NCBI GenBank assembly: GCA_035084275.1
Contig: CM068756.1
Coordinates: 9,734,001-9,798,000, forward strand
Direction of reading: 5' to 3'
DNA length: 64,000 bases
Source: Hydrolagus colliei
Lineage: Eukaryota
Shown: positions 62,441 to 64,000 of the stretch, piece after piece
Layout: every line of letters begins with the position of its first letter
Position numbering within the stretch: the stretch's first letter is position 1
Translations under genes and position numbers: made by a program
Notes under the pieces: model-generated
Databases searched by the model: none
Told to the model about the DNA's origin: nothing
What the model saw: the letters and a program-made list of their open reading frames with translations, nothing else

Positions 62441-62768
62441 CAATAATCCTTACATTGATATAGCGCTTTATCATGGCTTTGAGACATCTGAAGCACTTCA
62501 CAGAATACACTGTAAAGTGAATTTAATATTTTGTGGGTGAAACACAGCAGCCAGCTGCACACAGCAGTGTCCCACAAACAATCATGGATTGAGTGACCAA
62601 ATTTGTAATAATTATTATTAATTTTAAAGGAATTATTACCCCTAGAAAATAATCTGCCAATCGAATAACAACCGGGTTCCTACTTACTTTAAGTAAACAG
62701 ACGCATGTGGACCAAGGAAACTTGCCCAATGTTTTGCCCTGCTGGGAAACAAACCCGGGTTCTTCACT
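62441..62768 (-). mobile_element. tRNA-derived SINE, long subfamily, 5'-clipped
   Basis: Reverse of ttgggcaagtttccttggtccacatgcgtctgtttacttaaagtaagtaggaacccgg...attggcaga, then core and tail. Confidence 0.9.
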
Positions 62769-62816
62769 TGGGCATTTTGTAAGTAAACTCTATCATATAT
62801 AATCTTTAATATATGT

Positions 62817-62933
62817 AGAGAGAGAGAGAGAGAATTTGCCTACAAAATGACCAACTACACTGAGTAAATCCTGTGAAGTGCTTTGAGATGTCCTCTTGAC
62901 ATGAAAAGCTCTATATCAAACCAAGGATTATTA
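62817..62933 (+). mobile_element. (AG)n plus SINE 3' tail
   Basis: cctgtgaagtgctttgagatgtcctcttgacatgaaaagctctatatcaaa. Confidence 0.82.
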
Positions 62934-64000
62934 AATAAAAATTATAGAATTTGCAGAAGATTAAAATTAAATTCCAGCATAATAATTCATTACTAATTGT
63001 AGCAACTATCAGAACGATTGCTCAAATTCCAAATTGGTTAAAACTGTAATACTATTTACTCTCATTTTTTCATCTTTTCACTCCCACTGCTAATTTAAAT
63101 ACCTGATCATTTCAGCCTATTCCACAATTATCCCAATATTCTTCTGTAAGACTGCTTCGGAACTCTTTGCAATGTAGTCTGAGCAAGGAAGGAATATATT
63201 CACCTTGCTGAGATTAGTTCAATTTCAGTCAAGCTGATTCTCTCAGCTCTTTGACAATCAAACTGACAACAAATTGTACTCAACTCAAAACTGGGTAATT
63301 CCAGAGCAATATAACATTTCCATTTCTTCAGATCTGTCTCCCTTGTGATTTGTAGAGTTCCTGTCTTACAAATTCAGACATAATTTTTACTATTATTGAT
63401 TTTGGCAGCAGACCTAAAAGTGAAGGTATTTTAAACAAAATCCAGCCCATTAAATTTAAGTAAAAGGTGAAGATTTCTGAATTTGACCTTCTCAAAAAAA
63501 AGCAATCATAATTCACATTTCTATTACCCTACAGTTATTTTACTGAACATCTAGTTAACTACCAAATTTCAACAAATGTTTAACTTAAAGCAAATTTGCT
63601 GCTCTTCCATTTACCCTTCAATTCACCAAAGGAGACTAAAGACTCAGATTATGCTCCAAATCCCATCATTGTTGAAGTTGAAACTGTGTTCTCCTACATA
63701 CAGTTACCCCCAAATCTCTTAACTCATTTTGTGCTGGCATGTTCTTTGTCTTAAAGATAATTTAAGAAACTCTTTGCTAGGTTGAATGTTTTACACTATA
63801 TCTCTGTGAGATAGGGAACTGAAGCACTGTTCACATCTCCAACCCACTCCATGTTAGAAAGGAAGTAGGAAAGGCAAGGTTTCCAAAAAAACTTTAAACA
63901 CACAAAGACTAATTAGACTCGTTAACCAAAATCAGTATGGCAGGTGTGGTTAATATAAATTTCAGGTGCCTCTTAAGTATTTTCTGGAATTGCAGGATAT

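Noticed and set aside
1-64000. Prokaryotic operon, defence system or CRISPR array
   Set aside because: No ORF exceeds 147 aa, there is no gene-dense organisation and no repeat-spacer periodicity. The recurring sequences are dispersed SINE/LINE fragments in both orientations.

Overview
This is AT-rich, CpG-depleted vertebrate non-coding DNA, most likely a large intron or gene desert. The repeat content points to a cartilaginous fish, probably a holocephalan such as elephant shark; that is an inference from recalled repeat consensuses, not a database result. No protein-coding gene can be identified. The ORF track is mostly chance ORFs, plus degenerate CR1 and L2 LINE ORF2 C-terminal fragments. 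Four repeat groups dominate: (i) a tRNA-Ala-headed SINE with long and short subfamilies, whose body appears to join a CORE-like segment, the 3' part of a Deu domain and an L2-type tail; (ii) older SacSINE1/AmnSINE1-like DeuSINE copies; (iii) a third, very old SINE-like family; (iv) 5'-truncated CR1 and L2 ends, some of the L2 ends very young. The unique sequence holds consensus CTCF, RFX, PBX-MEIS, GATA and FOX:ETS motifs, several short palindromes, and a few candidate small exons. I see no prokaryotic operon, CRISPR array or convincing new biological system. The best leads are the modular SINE with its L2 partner, a pre-miRNA-like double FOX:ETS palindrome near 34.4 kb, nested inverted repeats, and candidate exons. 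Repeat boundaries were estimated by eye and may be off by 10-20 nt.
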